From the NCBI GenBank assembly GCA_028721415.1, contig JAQYIU010000039.1, positions 29,729 to 93,728 of the forward strand: a stretch of DNA of 64,000 bases. Reading direction: 5' to 3'. Origin of the DNA: Lachnospiraceae bacterium. Lineage in GTDB: Bacteria > Bacillota > Clostridia > Lachnospirales > Lachnospiraceae. The notes below the pieces were generated by a model. It did not search any database and was not told the DNA's origin. It worked only from the letters and a program-made list of their open reading frames with translations. Within the stretch, counting starts at the first letter, position 1; each line of letters begins with the position of its first letter. The position numbers were made by a program, and so were the translations under genes. Below, piece after piece: positions 39,794-50,968 of this stretch.

Positions 39794-42268
39794 ATGAATG
39801 AATCAAATAAAAACAAATATAGTAAGAAAAAAAATATTCTTTCCATCGTTTTTAAAGGGATAGCATCTGTGCTTTTACTTTTTCTGATGTGGTTTTTATG
39901 CCATAATTTTATGGATTATCAGAAAAATGCGACAAACCAGGTGAATAAATACCGGATTGATCAGGTATGCCTTATGTCCGAAGGGACGGAGGTTACACAG
40001 AATTTTGTGGCAAAACATACCCATTTGAAAACGGTGAAATTATATTTCAGTAATGACTATACCGGTGTCGCAGAAGGAAAACTGCTTCTTGATATTATGG
40101 ATCTGGACATGGGTCAGAGTGTTTGTCACATGGAAAAGAATATTAAAGATTTGCTGAATAATGATTATACAGAATTTGACACGAATATTCAGCTCATAAA
40201 AAACAGAGAATATGCGATACGGCTTACCACCGAAGGAGCCCAGTCCGGTAAGGAACCGATCGTGTACCAGTGGAGTACCAAAGAAAAAGGATTCAAGGGG
40301 AAAATGCTGGTTGGGCAGGAAAAACAGAAGAAATATCTGGTTGCCAAATTTTATTATCCGGTGACGATTTACCGGCAGTGGGCAGGAATTTGTCTGATCA
40401 TTGGCCTGACGATTCTTCTCGTTTTGTTCCCAATTCCGTTGCCGGAGCGTTTTAAAACGTTTATCGGTTATATCCTGTTTTTTGCTGCACCATTTTTCTC
40501 CTTCTGGTTTGTAGAGCGTTTTACCGATAACTCGATTTTTAAACTGGGAACAGCAGAATTCTGGCTGAATATTCTCGTCTATTATCTCTTTTTCGGAATC
40601 CTGTATCTCCTTTTGGTTTCCAGAAAAGCAGCTGTGACGGTGGGAACAATATTCTGGTACATAGTTGGTCTTGCCAATTATTATGTGTTAAGTTTTAAAG
40701 GTGCACCGATTGTTCCTTCTGATATCATGTCGGCATCAACCGGATTCAGTGTGGCGCAGAATTACACTTATACCATTCAGCCGGTATTTGTTTGGAATGC
40801 TCTGTTCTTGCTTTTATATCTGGCAGTGTTATTACGATGTCCGATCAAGAGGAAAACAGGGTGGAAAAAACGTCTGATCATGGGCGTCGTGATTGTTCTT
40901 TCTGCTTCTGTTCTAGGCGGATTTGTAGTCGAACAGAAAACATTGAAAAGCTATGGAATTAAGAATAATGTCTGGGATCAGAAAAAAGGATATGCCAAAA
41001 ACGGCTTCTTCTTTGGATTTGTGCTGAATATGAACTCTTTAGTTCAGGAAAAACCGAGCAACTATTCGGTGGAGGCCGCACAGGATATTGCAGCCAAATA
41101 TGAAGAGAGTTTTGCCAATGAAGAAACGAAGAAAAAAGGACGTCTGAAAACAAAAAATGGTGAGAAACCGAATGTGATCGCTATCATGAACGAGGCTTTT
41201 GCAGATCTTTCAGTTGTGGGAGATTTTACAGTAAATCAGGATTATATGCCATTTATCCATAATCTGAATAAAAATACCATTAAAGGCAATTTGTATATGT
41301 CTATTTTTGGATCCGGTACCTGTAACTCAGAATTCGAATTTCTTACCGGAAACAGCATGGCATTTCTGCAGAGCGGTATCATTGCCTACACGCAGGTGGT
41401 CAAAGGGAAACTGCCAAATATGACCTATCTTTTACAAGAACAGGGTTATAAAGGCAATGTAGCACTGCATCCATATCTTGCTACCGGATGGAATCGGGTG
41501 GAGGTATACCAGGAAATGGGATTTGAAAACTTCTACAGTGAGAGTGATTTTACCAATCCATTGATGTATCGTAAGTATATCTCTGATCAGTCCAATATGG
41601 AGAAGATTGTAGAATTGTATGAGAATCGTCAGGAGACAGAGGAGCCATTTTACCTGTTTAATGTGACGATGCAGAACCATGGAGGTTTTGACAAAGCTTA
41701 TAGTAATTTTACCAATGATATCCAGATTACGGATAATCATAAAAATGAGCAGGCGGAACAATATCTTTCTCTGATCAAGAAAACCGATGAGGCTTTCCAA
41801 TATCTGGTAGAGTATTTCTCCAAGGTGGATGAACCGACGATCATCGTGATGTTTGGAGATCATCAACCGGCAGTGGAAACTAAGTTTTATGAGAGCCTTC
41901 TTGGTAAATCAACTTCGGAGCTTACGCCGAAAGAATTATTAAAGAAATATCAGACTCCGTTCATTATATGGGCGAACTACGATATAAAAGAAACAACGAT
42001 TGATAAGATGAGCGCCAACTATCTGGGAGCTTATGTGATGCAGGAAGCAGGGCTTGAAATGAGTCCGTATCAGAAATTCCTCATGAAATTATATGAAAAA
42101 CTTCCTGTATTAAATGCAATGGGAGCGATTGATGCAGAAGGTAATTATTATGAATCTGCAAAAGAAACTCCATATGATGACCTGGTTCGTGAATATCAGA
42201 TTTTACAGTATAATAATCTGATTGATCTGGATAACACCGTAGATTCTTTCTTTTATCTGGAAGAATAG
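39794..42268 (+). CDS. LTA synthase / sulfatase-family membrane protein with extra N-terminal extracytoplasmic domain
   Basis: Multiple TM helices, PNVIAIMNEAF.D, GTCNSEFEFLTG, TMQNHG, FGDHQP. Confidence 0.9.
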   Translation: MNESNKNKYSKKKNILSIVFKGIASVLLLFLMWFLCHNFMDYQKNATNQVNKYRIDQVCLMSEGTEVTQNFVAKHTHLKTVKLYFSNDYTGVAEGKLLLDIMDLDMGQSVCHMEKNIKDLLNNDYTEFDTNIQLIKNREYAIRLTTEGAQSGKEPIVYQWSTKEKGFKGKMLVGQEKQKKYLVAKFYYPVTIYRQWAGICLIIGLTILLVLFPIPLPERFKTFIGYILFFAAPFFSFWFVERFTDNSIFKLGTAEFWLNILVYYLFFGILYLLLVSRKAAVTVGTIFWYIVGLANYYVLSFKGAPIVPSDIMSASTGFSVAQNYTYTIQPVFVWNALFLLLYLAVLLRCPIKRKTGWKKRLIMGVVIVLSASVLGGFVVEQKTLKSYGIKNNVWDQKKGYAKNGFFFGFVLNMNSLVQEKPSNYSVEAAQDIAAKYEESFANEETKKKGRLKTKNGEKPNVIAIMNEAFADLSVVGDFTVNQDYMPFIHNLNKNTIKGNLYMSIFGSGTCNSEFEFLTGNSMAFLQSGIIAYTQVVKGKLPNMTYLLQEQGYKGNVALHPYLATGWNRVEVYQEMGFENFYSESDFTNPLMYRKYISDQSNMEKIVELYENRQETEEPFYLFNVTMQNHGGFDKAYSNFTNDIQITDNHKNEQAEQYLSLIKKTDEAFQYLVEYFSKVDEPTIIVMFGDHQPAVETKFYESLLGKSTSELTPKELLKKYQTPFIIWANYDIKETTIDKMSANYLGAYVMQEAGLEMSPYQKFLMKLYEKLPVLNAMGAIDAEGNYYESAKETPYDDLVREYQILQYNNLIDLDNTVDSFFYLEE

Positions 42269-42315
42269 ATGAAATCTGAAAACGTTTCTATGCGTGAGGA
42301 AGTGCGGAGGTAGAA

Positions 42316-43554
42316 ATGAAAAAATATACGTTAATCAGTCTGATGTTGGTTGTTATGGTATTGACGGTTGTTCTGTCAGCCTGTGGAAAAAAGGAAGCCT
42401 CAGATCAGCCGGCAGAGGCGAGTACATCTATTCAGAATGCTGATCCGGAGAATCTGGATGATATTACCATGGATGCTCTGGTAGATGAAGCAATGAAACA
42501 GATGACATTGGAACAAAAAATCGGTCAGCTTTTTATTGTTTGTACGGATTCGCTGGATTTCAATGCGGAAACTGAAATGACAGATGAGATGAAAACGAAT
42601 CTGGAGAAATATCAGCCGGGCGGTGTGATTTTATTTTCTTTTAATCTTGATCATCGGGAACAGACAACAGAATTTATTCAGGATATGAAAGAAACGACGA
42701 AAATACCAATGTTTATTTCTGTAGATGAAGAAGGCGGCAATGTGGCCAGAATTGCCAATACGGATGGTATGGGAACGACGAAATTCCCATCCATGGCTAC
42801 CATCGGAGAAACCGGAGATCCATCGCAGGCTTATACCGTGGGGGATACCGTTGGACGGGAAATCTCTGAATTGGGGTTCAATCTGGATTTTGCCCCTGTC
42901 GCAGACCTCTCCACCAATGAGGATAACACAGAAATCGGAGAGCGAAGCTTCGGCAGTGATCCGGATCTGGTTTCCCAGATGGTGAGTCAGGAAGTAAAGG
43001 GACTTCAGAACAACGGGGTAAGTGCCGCGTTGAAACATTTTCCGGGACAGGGAAATGCCGGAGAAGATACCCACAAAGGATATGTGAATCTGGATGTGAC
43101 CATTGATGGATTGCGGGATAACGAATTTCTTCCATTTGAAGAAGGCATTGCTGCCGGAGCAGATATGATCATGATGTCGCATGTTTCTGTGAAAGGAATT
43201 ACACAGAGTGATATCCCTGCATCCCTTTCCAGTCTGATGGTCAATGATATTCTCAGGGAAGAACTGCAATATGACGGAATCATTATTACAGATGCGATGA
43301 ATATGAAGATCATCACAAAGTTTTATGAGGCAGGTCAGGCGGCGGTTTCTGCTATAAAAGCAGGAAATGACATGATTCTGATGCCGGATAATTTTGAGAG
43401 TGCTTATGAAGCCGTTTCAGAAGCGGTGGAAGAGGGCACTTTGTCAGAAAAAAGAATTAATGCATCTGTGAGGCGAATTCTTGAGGTTAAGATCCGCAGA
43501 GGCATCCTTCCTTTAAATTCTTCAATACTGGAAAAGATTACACAGGCCGAATAA
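42316..43554 (+). CDS. GH3 beta-N-acetylhexosaminidase (NagZ-like) lipoprotein
   Basis: Lipobox LSAC, DEEGG.VAR, FAPVAD, RSFG, KHFPG.G....DTH, ITDAMNM. Confidence 0.88.
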   Translation: MKKYTLISLMLVVMVLTVVLSACGKKEASDQPAEASTSIQNADPENLDDITMDALVDEAMKQMTLEQKIGQLFIVCTDSLDFNAETEMTDEMKTNLEKYQPGGVILFSFNLDHREQTTEFIQDMKETTKIPMFISVDEEGGNVARIANTDGMGTTKFPSMATIGETGDPSQAYTVGDTVGREISELGFNLDFAPVADLSTNEDNTEIGERSFGSDPDLVSQMVSQEVKGLQNNGVSAALKHFPGQGNAGEDTHKGYVNLDVTIDGLRDNEFLPFEEGIAAGADMIMMSHVSVKGITQSDIPASLSSLMVNDILREELQYDGIIITDAMNMKIITKFYEAGQAAVSAIKAGNDMILMPDNFESAYEAVSEAVEEGTLSEKRINASVRRILEVKIRRGILPLNSSILEKITQAE

Positions 43555-43691
43555 CGGTAAAAACATAAAAAATGAAAGTTTGGGACGCCATTCCGTCATA
43601 ATAGCATTGAAATATCTTGTGTTATCTTTTTTTTTATGCTAGTATACTTACGCTGAATGAAATGAAAATTCTTGAATTTAGGAGGATAAAG

Positions 43692-45137
43692 ATGGCATTT
43701 GATATCGAACAACAGGTAGAAATGGAATCCGGATTACATGAAGAATGTGGCGTCATGGGAGTGTATGATCTCGATGGGAACGATGTGGCTTCTACAGTCT
43801 ATTATGGGCTTTTTGCACTTCAGCACAGGGGCCAGGAAAGCTGTGGTATCGCCGTTTCTGATACCGATGGGCCAAAGAAAAACATCCAGGTTCACAAAGG
43901 AATGGGACTGGTGAACGAAGTTTTCAGCAGTGAGAATCTGGAGAAATTAAAAGGAAATATCGGAGTGGGACATGTTCGTTATTCCACCGCAGGTTCCAGT
44001 ACCCGTGAGAATGCACAGCCGCTTGTGTTGAATTATTATAAAGGTACCCTTGCATTGGCTCATAATGGTAATCTAATCAATGCATTGGAACTCAGAGAAG
44101 AACTGGAGAAAACCGGTGCGATTTTCCAGACAACGATTGATTCAGAAGTGATCGCATATCACATTGCAAAAGAGAGAATTAACTCCGGAACTGCAGAGGA
44201 AGCAGTACTTGCAGCTATGAGAAAGCTGAAAGGTGCTTATTCTCTGATCGTTATGAGTCCGAGAAAACTGATTGGAGCCAGAGATCCTTTTGGATTCCGT
44301 CCACTTTGTATCGGAAAAAGAGATAATGCGTACCTTCTTGCATCGGAAACCTGTGCGCTGGATACTGTCGGCGCAGAGTTTGTCAGAGATGTTGAGCCGG
44401 GTGAGATTGTAACGATTTCCAAAGAAGGTATTTTATCCAATCGTTCTATGTGTCAGAATAATCCATCCAAAGAAGCAAGATGTATTTTTGAATATATTTA
44501 TTTTGCAAGACCGGATTCTGTTTTTGACGGAATCGGTGTCAATGCAAGCCGTATCCGTGCCGGACGATTCCTTGCACAGGATTCTCCGGTGGAAGCTGAT
44601 CTGGTAGTTGGCGTCCCGGAGTCCGGTAATCCGGCAGCGCAGGGTTATGCCATGGAATCCGGTATTCCATATGGAACGGCTTTTATTAAGAATTCTTATG
44701 TCGGAAGAACATTTATCAAGCCAAAACAGAGTATGAGAGAAAGCAGTGTGCAGGTAAAATTAAATGTTCTGAAAGAAAACGTAAAAGGAAAACGTATTAT
44801 TATGATCGATGACTCCATTGTTCGTGGAACAACCTGTGGACGCATTGTCCGTATGCTGAAAGATGCGGGAGCCAAAGAGGTACATGTTCGTATCAGTTCT
44901 CCTCCATTCCTTCATCCATGTTATTTTGGAACCGATATTCCGACCGAAGATCAGCTGGTAGCTTACGGAAAGACCGTAGAAGAAATCCGTGAGATTTTAG
45001 GAGCAGACTCCCTTGCTTATCTCGATATGAGCCGTCTGGGAGAGCTGTGTGAAGGACTTCCGTACTGTGATGCCTGCTTCAGCGGCAATTATCCTCTGGA
45101 TCCGCCGAAACATGATATTCGTGGAGAACAGGGCTAA
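43692..45137 (+). CDS. purF: Amidophosphoribosyltransferase
   Basis: Propeptide EECGV, QHRGQE, GHVRYST, IDDSIVRGTT. ATG 43692 after AGGAGG. Confidence 0.97.
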   Translation: MAFDIEQQVEMESGLHEECGVMGVYDLDGNDVASTVYYGLFALQHRGQESCGIAVSDTDGPKKNIQVHKGMGLVNEVFSSENLEKLKGNIGVGHVRYSTAGSSTRENAQPLVLNYYKGTLALAHNGNLINALELREELEKTGAIFQTTIDSEVIAYHIAKERINSGTAEEAVLAAMRKLKGAYSLIVMSPRKLIGARDPFGFRPLCIGKRDNAYLLASETCALDTVGAEFVRDVEPGEIVTISKEGILSNRSMCQNNPSKEARCIFEYIYFARPDSVFDGIGVNASRIRAGRFLAQDSPVEADLVVGVPESGNPAAQGYAMESGIPYGTAFIKNSYVGRTFIKPKQSMRESSVQVKLNVLKENVKGKRIIMIDDSIVRGTTCGRIVRMLKDAGAKEVHVRISSPPFLHPCYFGTDIPTEDQLVAYGKTVEEIREILGADSLAYLDMSRLGELCEGLPYCDACFSGNYPLDPPKHDIRGEQG

Positions 45138-45304
45138 TCATAGATGAATTATGATAAAAGTTAAAATTCGTAAGAATGTTTCTTGAAAATGTATCGTATT
45201 TTTGGGAAATAAATGATATAATTAAGTAGTTGTCCTAAATAAATTACATAATTAACGGAAACTATAAAAGAAAGTACACAATCAGATAATAATAGGAGGT
45301 TCGC

Positions 45305-46738
45305 ATGTACGATAAATATCAGAGTCCGCTTTCCGAGCGTTACGCAAGCAAAGAGATGCAGTATATTTTCTCTCCGGAGAAGAAGTTTAAAACTTGGAGA
45401 AAACTCTGGATCGCTCTTGCTGAGACAGAATATGAGCTGGGTCTTGACAGCGTGACAAAGGAACAGATTGAAGAATTGAAAGCTCATGCAGACGATATTA
45501 ATTTTGAGGTGGCACAAGCCAGAGAAAAAGAAGTAAGACATGACGTTATGTCTCACGTTTATGCATATGGACAGCAGTGTCCGAATGCAAAAGGAATTAT
45601 TCATCTGGGAGCAACATCCTGTTATGTTGGTGATAATACAGACATCATCATCATGACAGAGGCCTTAAAGCTGGTGAGAACCAAACTTCTTAATGTCATC
45701 AGTGAACTGGCAGCTTTTGCCATGAAATATAAGGATCTGCCAACGCTGGCATTCACTCATTTCCAGCCGGCGCAGCCGACAACTGTTGGTAAGAGAGCAA
45801 CATTATGGCTCAATGAGCTGATGCTTGATCTGGAAGATCTGGATTATGTGATCGGAAGCATGAAGCTTCTCGGATCCAAAGGAACCACAGGAACTCAGGC
45901 AAGTTTCCTGGAATTATTTAACGGAGATCATGAGACGATCCGTAAGATTGATCAGAAAATCGCAGAAAAGATGGGATTTGAATCCTGTTATCCGGTTTCC
46001 GGACAGACCTATTCCCGTAAAGTGGACAGCCGTGTGCTGAATGTTTTAGGTGGAATTGCACAGTCTGCTCACAAGTTCTCCAATGATATCCGTCTCCTTC
46101 AGCATCTGAAAGAGATTGAAGAACCATTTGAGAAAAATCAGATCGGATCCTCTGCAATGGCATATAAGAGAAATCCGATGAGAAGCGAGAGAATTGCATC
46201 TCTTGCCAACTATGTGATGTCAGACACCATGAATCCTGCCCTGGTTGCATCTACCCAGTGGTTCGAGAGAACACTGGATGATTCCGCGAACAAACGTCTT
46301 TCTGTTCCAGAAGGATTCCTTGCTATTGATGGTATTCTGGATCTTTACCTCAATGTAGTAGATGGTCTTGTGGTATATCCGAAGGTAATTGAAGCACATC
46401 TCATGAGAGAGCTTCCATTCATGGCAACCGAGAATATCATGATGGATGCAGTAAAAGCCGGTGGAGACAGACAGGAACTTCATGAGAGAATCCGTCAGCA
46501 TTCCATGGCAGCAGGGCGTGTTGTGAAAGAAGAAGGAAAAGATAATGATCTTCTTGAAAGAATTGCAAATGATCCGGCTTTCGGTATGACGCTTGATCAG
46601 TTGAAAGCCATTATGAAACCGGAGAACTTCGTTGGACGTGCGCCGGAACAGACCGAAGAGTATATTCGTGACTTTGTGCAGCCTGTTTTGGATCAGAACA
46701 AAGAGATTCTTGGCTTGAAAGCAGAGATTAACGTGTAA
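45305..46738 (+). CDS. purB: Adenylosuccinate lyase
   Basis: RHDVM, HLGATS, THFQPAQ, SSAMAYKRNP. Confidence 0.97.
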   Translation: MYDKYQSPLSERYASKEMQYIFSPEKKFKTWRKLWIALAETEYELGLDSVTKEQIEELKAHADDINFEVAQAREKEVRHDVMSHVYAYGQQCPNAKGIIHLGATSCYVGDNTDIIIMTEALKLVRTKLLNVISELAAFAMKYKDLPTLAFTHFQPAQPTTVGKRATLWLNELMLDLEDLDYVIGSMKLLGSKGTTGTQASFLELFNGDHETIRKIDQKIAEKMGFESCYPVSGQTYSRKVDSRVLNVLGGIAQSAHKFSNDIRLLQHLKEIEEPFEKNQIGSSAMAYKRNPMRSERIASLANYVMSDTMNPALVASTQWFERTLDDSANKRLSVPEGFLAIDGILDLYLNVVDGLVVYPKVIEAHLMRELPFMATENIMMDAVKAGGDRQELHERIRQHSMAAGRVVKEEGKDNDLLERIANDPAFGMTLDQLKAIMKPENFVGRAPEQTEEYIRDFVQPVLDQNKEILGLKAEINV

Positions 46739-46771
46739 GAACGAGTGGAATAAACGGGAAGGGATTATACA

Positions 46772-48442
46772 TTGGGCAAAAATAATACAAAAGAAGGAAA
46801 TGTAATAGCACAGGCTTCGATATTGATGGTGGCTGGGATTGTGGTGAGAATTATCGGTATTTTATACCGCAGTCCTGTCACGAGTATCATCGGAGATGAA
46901 GGAAATGGTTACTATGGTTTTGCAGTAAATATCTATACCATGGTATTGCTGATTGCTTCCTATAGTATTCCGATGGCAGTGGCGAAGGTGGTATCCGGCA
47001 AACTGGCACTCAAACAGTACCGGGATGCACACAAAGTGTTTTATGCAGCTCTGATTTATGTTTGTATTGTCGGTGGGATTGCGTCACTGTTTACTTATTT
47101 TGGCGCATCTCTCCTGATTCCGGACAGCCAGGCGAAAGCAATTCCAGTGCTTCGGGTTCTTGCGCCTACTATTTTCTTTTCTGGTTTTCTTGGTGTGCTC
47201 CGTGGATATTTCCAGGGGCACAGTACCATGATGCCGACATCTATTTCTCAGATTATTGAGCAGATTGTGAATGCCATCGTCAGTATCGGTGCGGCAGTTC
47301 TGTTTATTCATCTGTTTGCTGGTGGAGATCCGGAGAAGATTCCGGTATTTGGCGCCATGGGAAGTGCTGCCGGTATAGGTGCCGGGATTATTGCGGGACT
47401 TCTTTTTATGCTTTTTATTTACCGTTGTAACAGTAAATATTTTAAGGCTCACAGAGAGAAGGATGTCTCCGGTGCAGACAGCTCTTATAAAGATATTTTT
47501 AAAATTATCTTTTTGATGGTGACCCCAGTAATTTTAAGCACCTTTATTTACAATGTCAGTGCGACTATCGACCAGACGATCTTTGTAGATATTATGGATT
47601 TTAAAGGGATGGCAGCCGATACAGCAGCATCTCTTTATGGTGTATTCCAGACCAAATATTACACACTGATCAATGTTCCGGTTGCATTGGCCAATTCTAT
47701 GTCTACGGCCATGATTCCGGCGGTATCCTCCACATTTACTTTGAAGGAATACGACCGCTGCAATGCTCACGTGAACCGGGCTATTCATTTCACCATGATG
47801 CTCAGTATTCCGTGTGCTATTGGACTTTGCGTGCTGGCTAATCCGATCATGCAGGTGCTGTTTCCGCAGAAGGAGACCATTCATCTTGCGATTAAACTCT
47901 TAAGAGTCGGATGCATCAGTGTAGTATTTTACAGCTTGTCAACGGTGACCAATGGAGTGTTGCAGGGCATCGGAAAGGTAAATATTCCTCTTCGCAATGC
48001 GGCAGTTGCTCTTGTCCTCCATGTGATCTTCCTGGCGGGAATGCTTTTTACTACCGATTTAGATCTTCTGGCAATGGTATTTGCCACCATGGCATATTCC
48101 TTTATGATGTGTCTGTTTAACAGTCTGTCAGTAAAGAAATATCTTGGATATACACAGGAAGTTCGTAAGACTTTTGTGATACCTGCTGTTTCCGCTATGA
48201 TCATGGGAATCAGTTGCTATGTATTCTATCAGGGCATTTATGTGATTCTTGTGACTATATTTGGAGCAATTATTCCGGGTAGAGTGCTTGTCCTGCTGGG
48301 ACTTGGAGCAGCAATTATATTTGCAGTTGCAGTATATTTTGTGCTGGAACTGAAATTAAAGGGTGTGACGGAAGAAGATCTTCTGGAATTCCCGAAAGGA
48401 ACGACATTACTTCGTTATGCAAAAAGATTTCATTTGATTTAA
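46772..48442 (+). CDS. MOP-superfamily flippase (MurJ/YtgP/SpoVB-like)
   Basis: RIIGILYR.P, LRGYFQG, SQIIEQ; about 14 TM helices; TTG start. Confidence 0.88.
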   Translation: MGKNNTKEGNVIAQASILMVAGIVVRIIGILYRSPVTSIIGDEGNGYYGFAVNIYTMVLLIASYSIPMAVAKVVSGKLALKQYRDAHKVFYAALIYVCIVGGIASLFTYFGASLLIPDSQAKAIPVLRVLAPTIFFSGFLGVLRGYFQGHSTMMPTSISQIIEQIVNAIVSIGAAVLFIHLFAGGDPEKIPVFGAMGSAAGIGAGIIAGLLFMLFIYRCNSKYFKAHREKDVSGADSSYKDIFKIIFLMVTPVILSTFIYNVSATIDQTIFVDIMDFKGMAADTAASLYGVFQTKYYTLINVPVALANSMSTAMIPAVSSTFTLKEYDRCNAHVNRAIHFTMMLSIPCAIGLCVLANPIMQVLFPQKETIHLAIKLLRVGCISVVFYSLSTVTNGVLQGIGKVNIPLRNAAVALVLHVIFLAGMLFTTDLDLLAMVFATMAYSFMMCLFNSLSVKKYLGYTQEVRKTFVIPAVSAMIMGISCYVFYQGIYVILVTIFGAIIPGRVLVLLGLGAAIIFAVAVYFVLELKLKGVTEEDLLEFPKGTTLLRYAKRFHLI

Positions 48443-48451
48443 AGAAGTTTC

Positions 48452-48480
48452 TTTACTTCTGGAAGAAAGTGAGATATAAT
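48452..48480 (+). promoter_or_regulatory. SigA promoter of purA
   Basis: TTTACT-N17-TATAAT. Confidence 0.6.
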
Positions 48481-48553
48481 TAAAATGTTTGTTTACGACT
48501 CGTTGTTGTCGAACAATACAGATAGATTTTAGTTAGCTTGGGAGGATAAGTTT

Positions 48554-49837
48554 ATGGTAAAAGCAATTGTAGGCGCTAACTGGGGAGACGAGGGTAAAGG
48601 TAAGATTACTGATATGCTTGCACAGGATTCAGATATTATTATCCGTTTCCAGGGTGGTGCCAATGCAGGCCATACAATTATAAATAATTACGGTAAGTTT
48701 GCACTGCACACTTTACCATCCGGTGTTTTCTATGACCATACTACTAGCATTATTGGTAATGGTGTGGCTCTGAATATTCCGGTTCTTTTTAACGAGATTC
48801 AGGATATTGTATCCAAAGGGGTTCCGATGCCTAAGATTCTCGTTTCAGACAGAGCACAGATTGTGATGCCATATCACATTTTATTTGATCAGTATGAAGA
48901 AGAGCGTCTGGGAGGCAAGTCCTTTGGCTCCACCAAATCTGGTATCGCCCCGTTCTATTCCGATAAATATGCCAAGATTGGTTTCCAGGTCAGTGAGTTA
49001 TTTATGGAAGAAGAAGAGCTGCGTGAGAAGATTGATCGAGTGCTCACTCAGAAAAATGTCATTTTGGAACATCTGTATCACAAACCACTTATCGATGCAG
49101 ATGAACTTTATAATATCTTAATGGAATATAAAGAGATGGTAGCTCCTCATGTATGTAATGTTTCCGCATACCTTGACAAAGCACTGAAGGAAGGCAAGAA
49201 TATTCTTCTGGAAGGACAGCTTGGAACTCTCAAGGATCCGGATCATGGTATTTATCCGATGGTTACTTCTTCTTCCACTCTTGCAGCATACGGTGCAATC
49301 GGTGCAGGTATTCCTCCATATGCAATTGAGAAGGTTGTTACTGTATGTAAGGCATACAGCAGCGCTGTTGGTGCAGGTGCTTTTGTCAGCGAAATTTTTG
49401 GTGAGGAAGCACAGGAGATGCGTGTCCGCGGTGGTGACGGCGGTGAATTTGGTGCTACTACAGGAAGACCTAGAAGAATGGGATGGTTTGACTGTGTAGC
49501 TTCTAAGTACGGATGTCGCCTTCAGGGTACAACAGATGTGGCATTTACCGTAGTGGATGTGCTCGGATATCTGGATGAGATTCCGGTATGTGTCGGATAC
49601 GATATCGATGGTGAAGTGACTACTGAATTCCCTGTTACCCATCTGTTAGAGAAGGCAAAACCAGTTCTGAAAGTTCTTCCAGGATGGAAATGCGAAATTC
49701 GTGGAATTAAGAAGTATGAAGATCTACCGGAAAATTGCCGGAATTACATTGAGTTTATTGAGGAACAGATCGGATATCCGATTACCATGGTTTCCAATGG
49801 ACCTGGACGTGACGATATTATTTATCGTAACAAATAA
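48554..49837 (+). CDS. purA: Adenylosuccinate synthetase
   Basis: GANWGDEGKGK, GGANAGHT, EFGATTGRPRR.GW.D. Confidence 0.97.
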   Translation: MVKAIVGANWGDEGKGKITDMLAQDSDIIIRFQGGANAGHTIINNYGKFALHTLPSGVFYDHTTSIIGNGVALNIPVLFNEIQDIVSKGVPMPKILVSDRAQIVMPYHILFDQYEEERLGGKSFGSTKSGIAPFYSDKYAKIGFQVSELFMEEEELREKIDRVLTQKNVILEHLYHKPLIDADELYNILMEYKEMVAPHVCNVSAYLDKALKEGKNILLEGQLGTLKDPDHGIYPMVTSSSTLAAYGAIGAGIPPYAIEKVVTVCKAYSSAVGAGAFVSEIFGEEAQEMRVRGGDGGEFGATTGRPRRMGWFDCVASKYGCRLQGTTDVAFTVVDVLGYLDEIPVCVGYDIDGEVTTEFPVTHLLEKAKPVLKVLPGWKCEIRGIKKYEDLPENCRNYIEFIEEQIGYPITMVSNGPGRDDIIYRNK

Positions 49838-49945
49838 TCAGAATATATTTCATGCGGCAGACTGCATGATTCCACAGGAGCTTTTGTGCACGAAAATGCA
49901 GAAAGCTCCTTATGCATTTGAATGAAGACAAATAGGAGGTAATTT

Positions 49946-50968
49946 ATGAAGATACTTTCCATAGCGATCCCAAGCTATAATTCTCAGGATTATATGAGAA
50001 ATTGCATTGATAGTTTGCTGACCGGCGGGGAAGAAGTGGAGATATTGATTGTAGATGACGGATCGAAGGATTCAACTCCTCAGATTGCAGATGAATATCA
50101 GGAGAAATATCCGGAAATCGTGAAAGCGATTCATCAGCCCAATGGGGGACATGGAGAAGCAGTGAATGCAGGTATTCGAAATGCAACAGGATATTTTTAT
50201 AAAGTAGTAGACAGTGATGATTGGGTCGATCAGGATGCATATAAAAAGATTCTGGACTTTTTGCGGGAAGCCGTGAAAGAAGAGGAACCGCTGGATATGC
50301 TGATTTCCAATTATGTATATGAGAAACAGGGAGCGAAGCATAAGAAGGTGATCCAGTATCATTCCATTCTGCCGGAAAATCGGTATTTTGGATGGGAAGA
50401 GATTGGTCATTTTAAGGCCAGCCAGAATATACTGATGCATTCGGTCATCTATCGAACAGAAATGCTCAGAAATTGTGGTTTTGAACTTCCAAAGCACACA
50501 TTCTATGTCGATAATATTTTTGTGTACTGGCCACTGCCGTACGTGAAGAAAATGTATTATCTTGATGTGGATTTTTATCGGTATTTTATTGGCCGGGATG
50601 ATCAGTCTGTCAATGAAAAAGTGATGATTTCCAGAATTGATCAGCAGATCCGCGTTAATAAGATCATGATTGATATCTATGCTCAACATGAAGATTCATT
50701 TTCCTGTGATCAACTGAAGGAATATATGCTTCATTATCTGGAGACAATACTACTTGTGACTTCCGTTCTTCTGATGAAGATGAACACAGAGGAAGCGGAT
50801 GCGATGCGCGAAGATGTATGGGAATATCTTCAGGCAAAATCTCCGGAAGCGTATCAGATTCTGAGAAAATCCATCTTTGGAAAGGTTTCCAATTTTAAAG
50901 GAAAACTCGGTCATACCATTACCATGGGAGGATACAAGATTGCACAGAAATGGATTGGATTCAACTAA
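49946..50968 (+). CDS. GT2 glycosyltransferase
   Basis: LSIAIPSYNS, VDDGSKD, NGGHG.AVN, VDSDDW. Confidence 0.9.
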   Translation: MKILSIAIPSYNSQDYMRNCIDSLLTGGEEVEILIVDDGSKDSTPQIADEYQEKYPEIVKAIHQPNGGHGEAVNAGIRNATGYFYKVVDSDDWVDQDAYKKILDFLREAVKEEEPLDMLISNYVYEKQGAKHKKVIQYHSILPENRYFGWEEIGHFKASQNILMHSVIYRTEMLRNCGFELPKHTFYVDNIFVYWPLPYVKKMYYLDVDFYRYFIGRDDQSVNEKVMISRIDQQIRVNKIMIDIYAQHEDSFSCDQLKEYMLHYLETILLVTSVLLMKMNTEEADAMREDVWEYLQAKSPEAYQILRKSIFGKVSNFKGKLGHTITMGGYKIAQKWIGFN

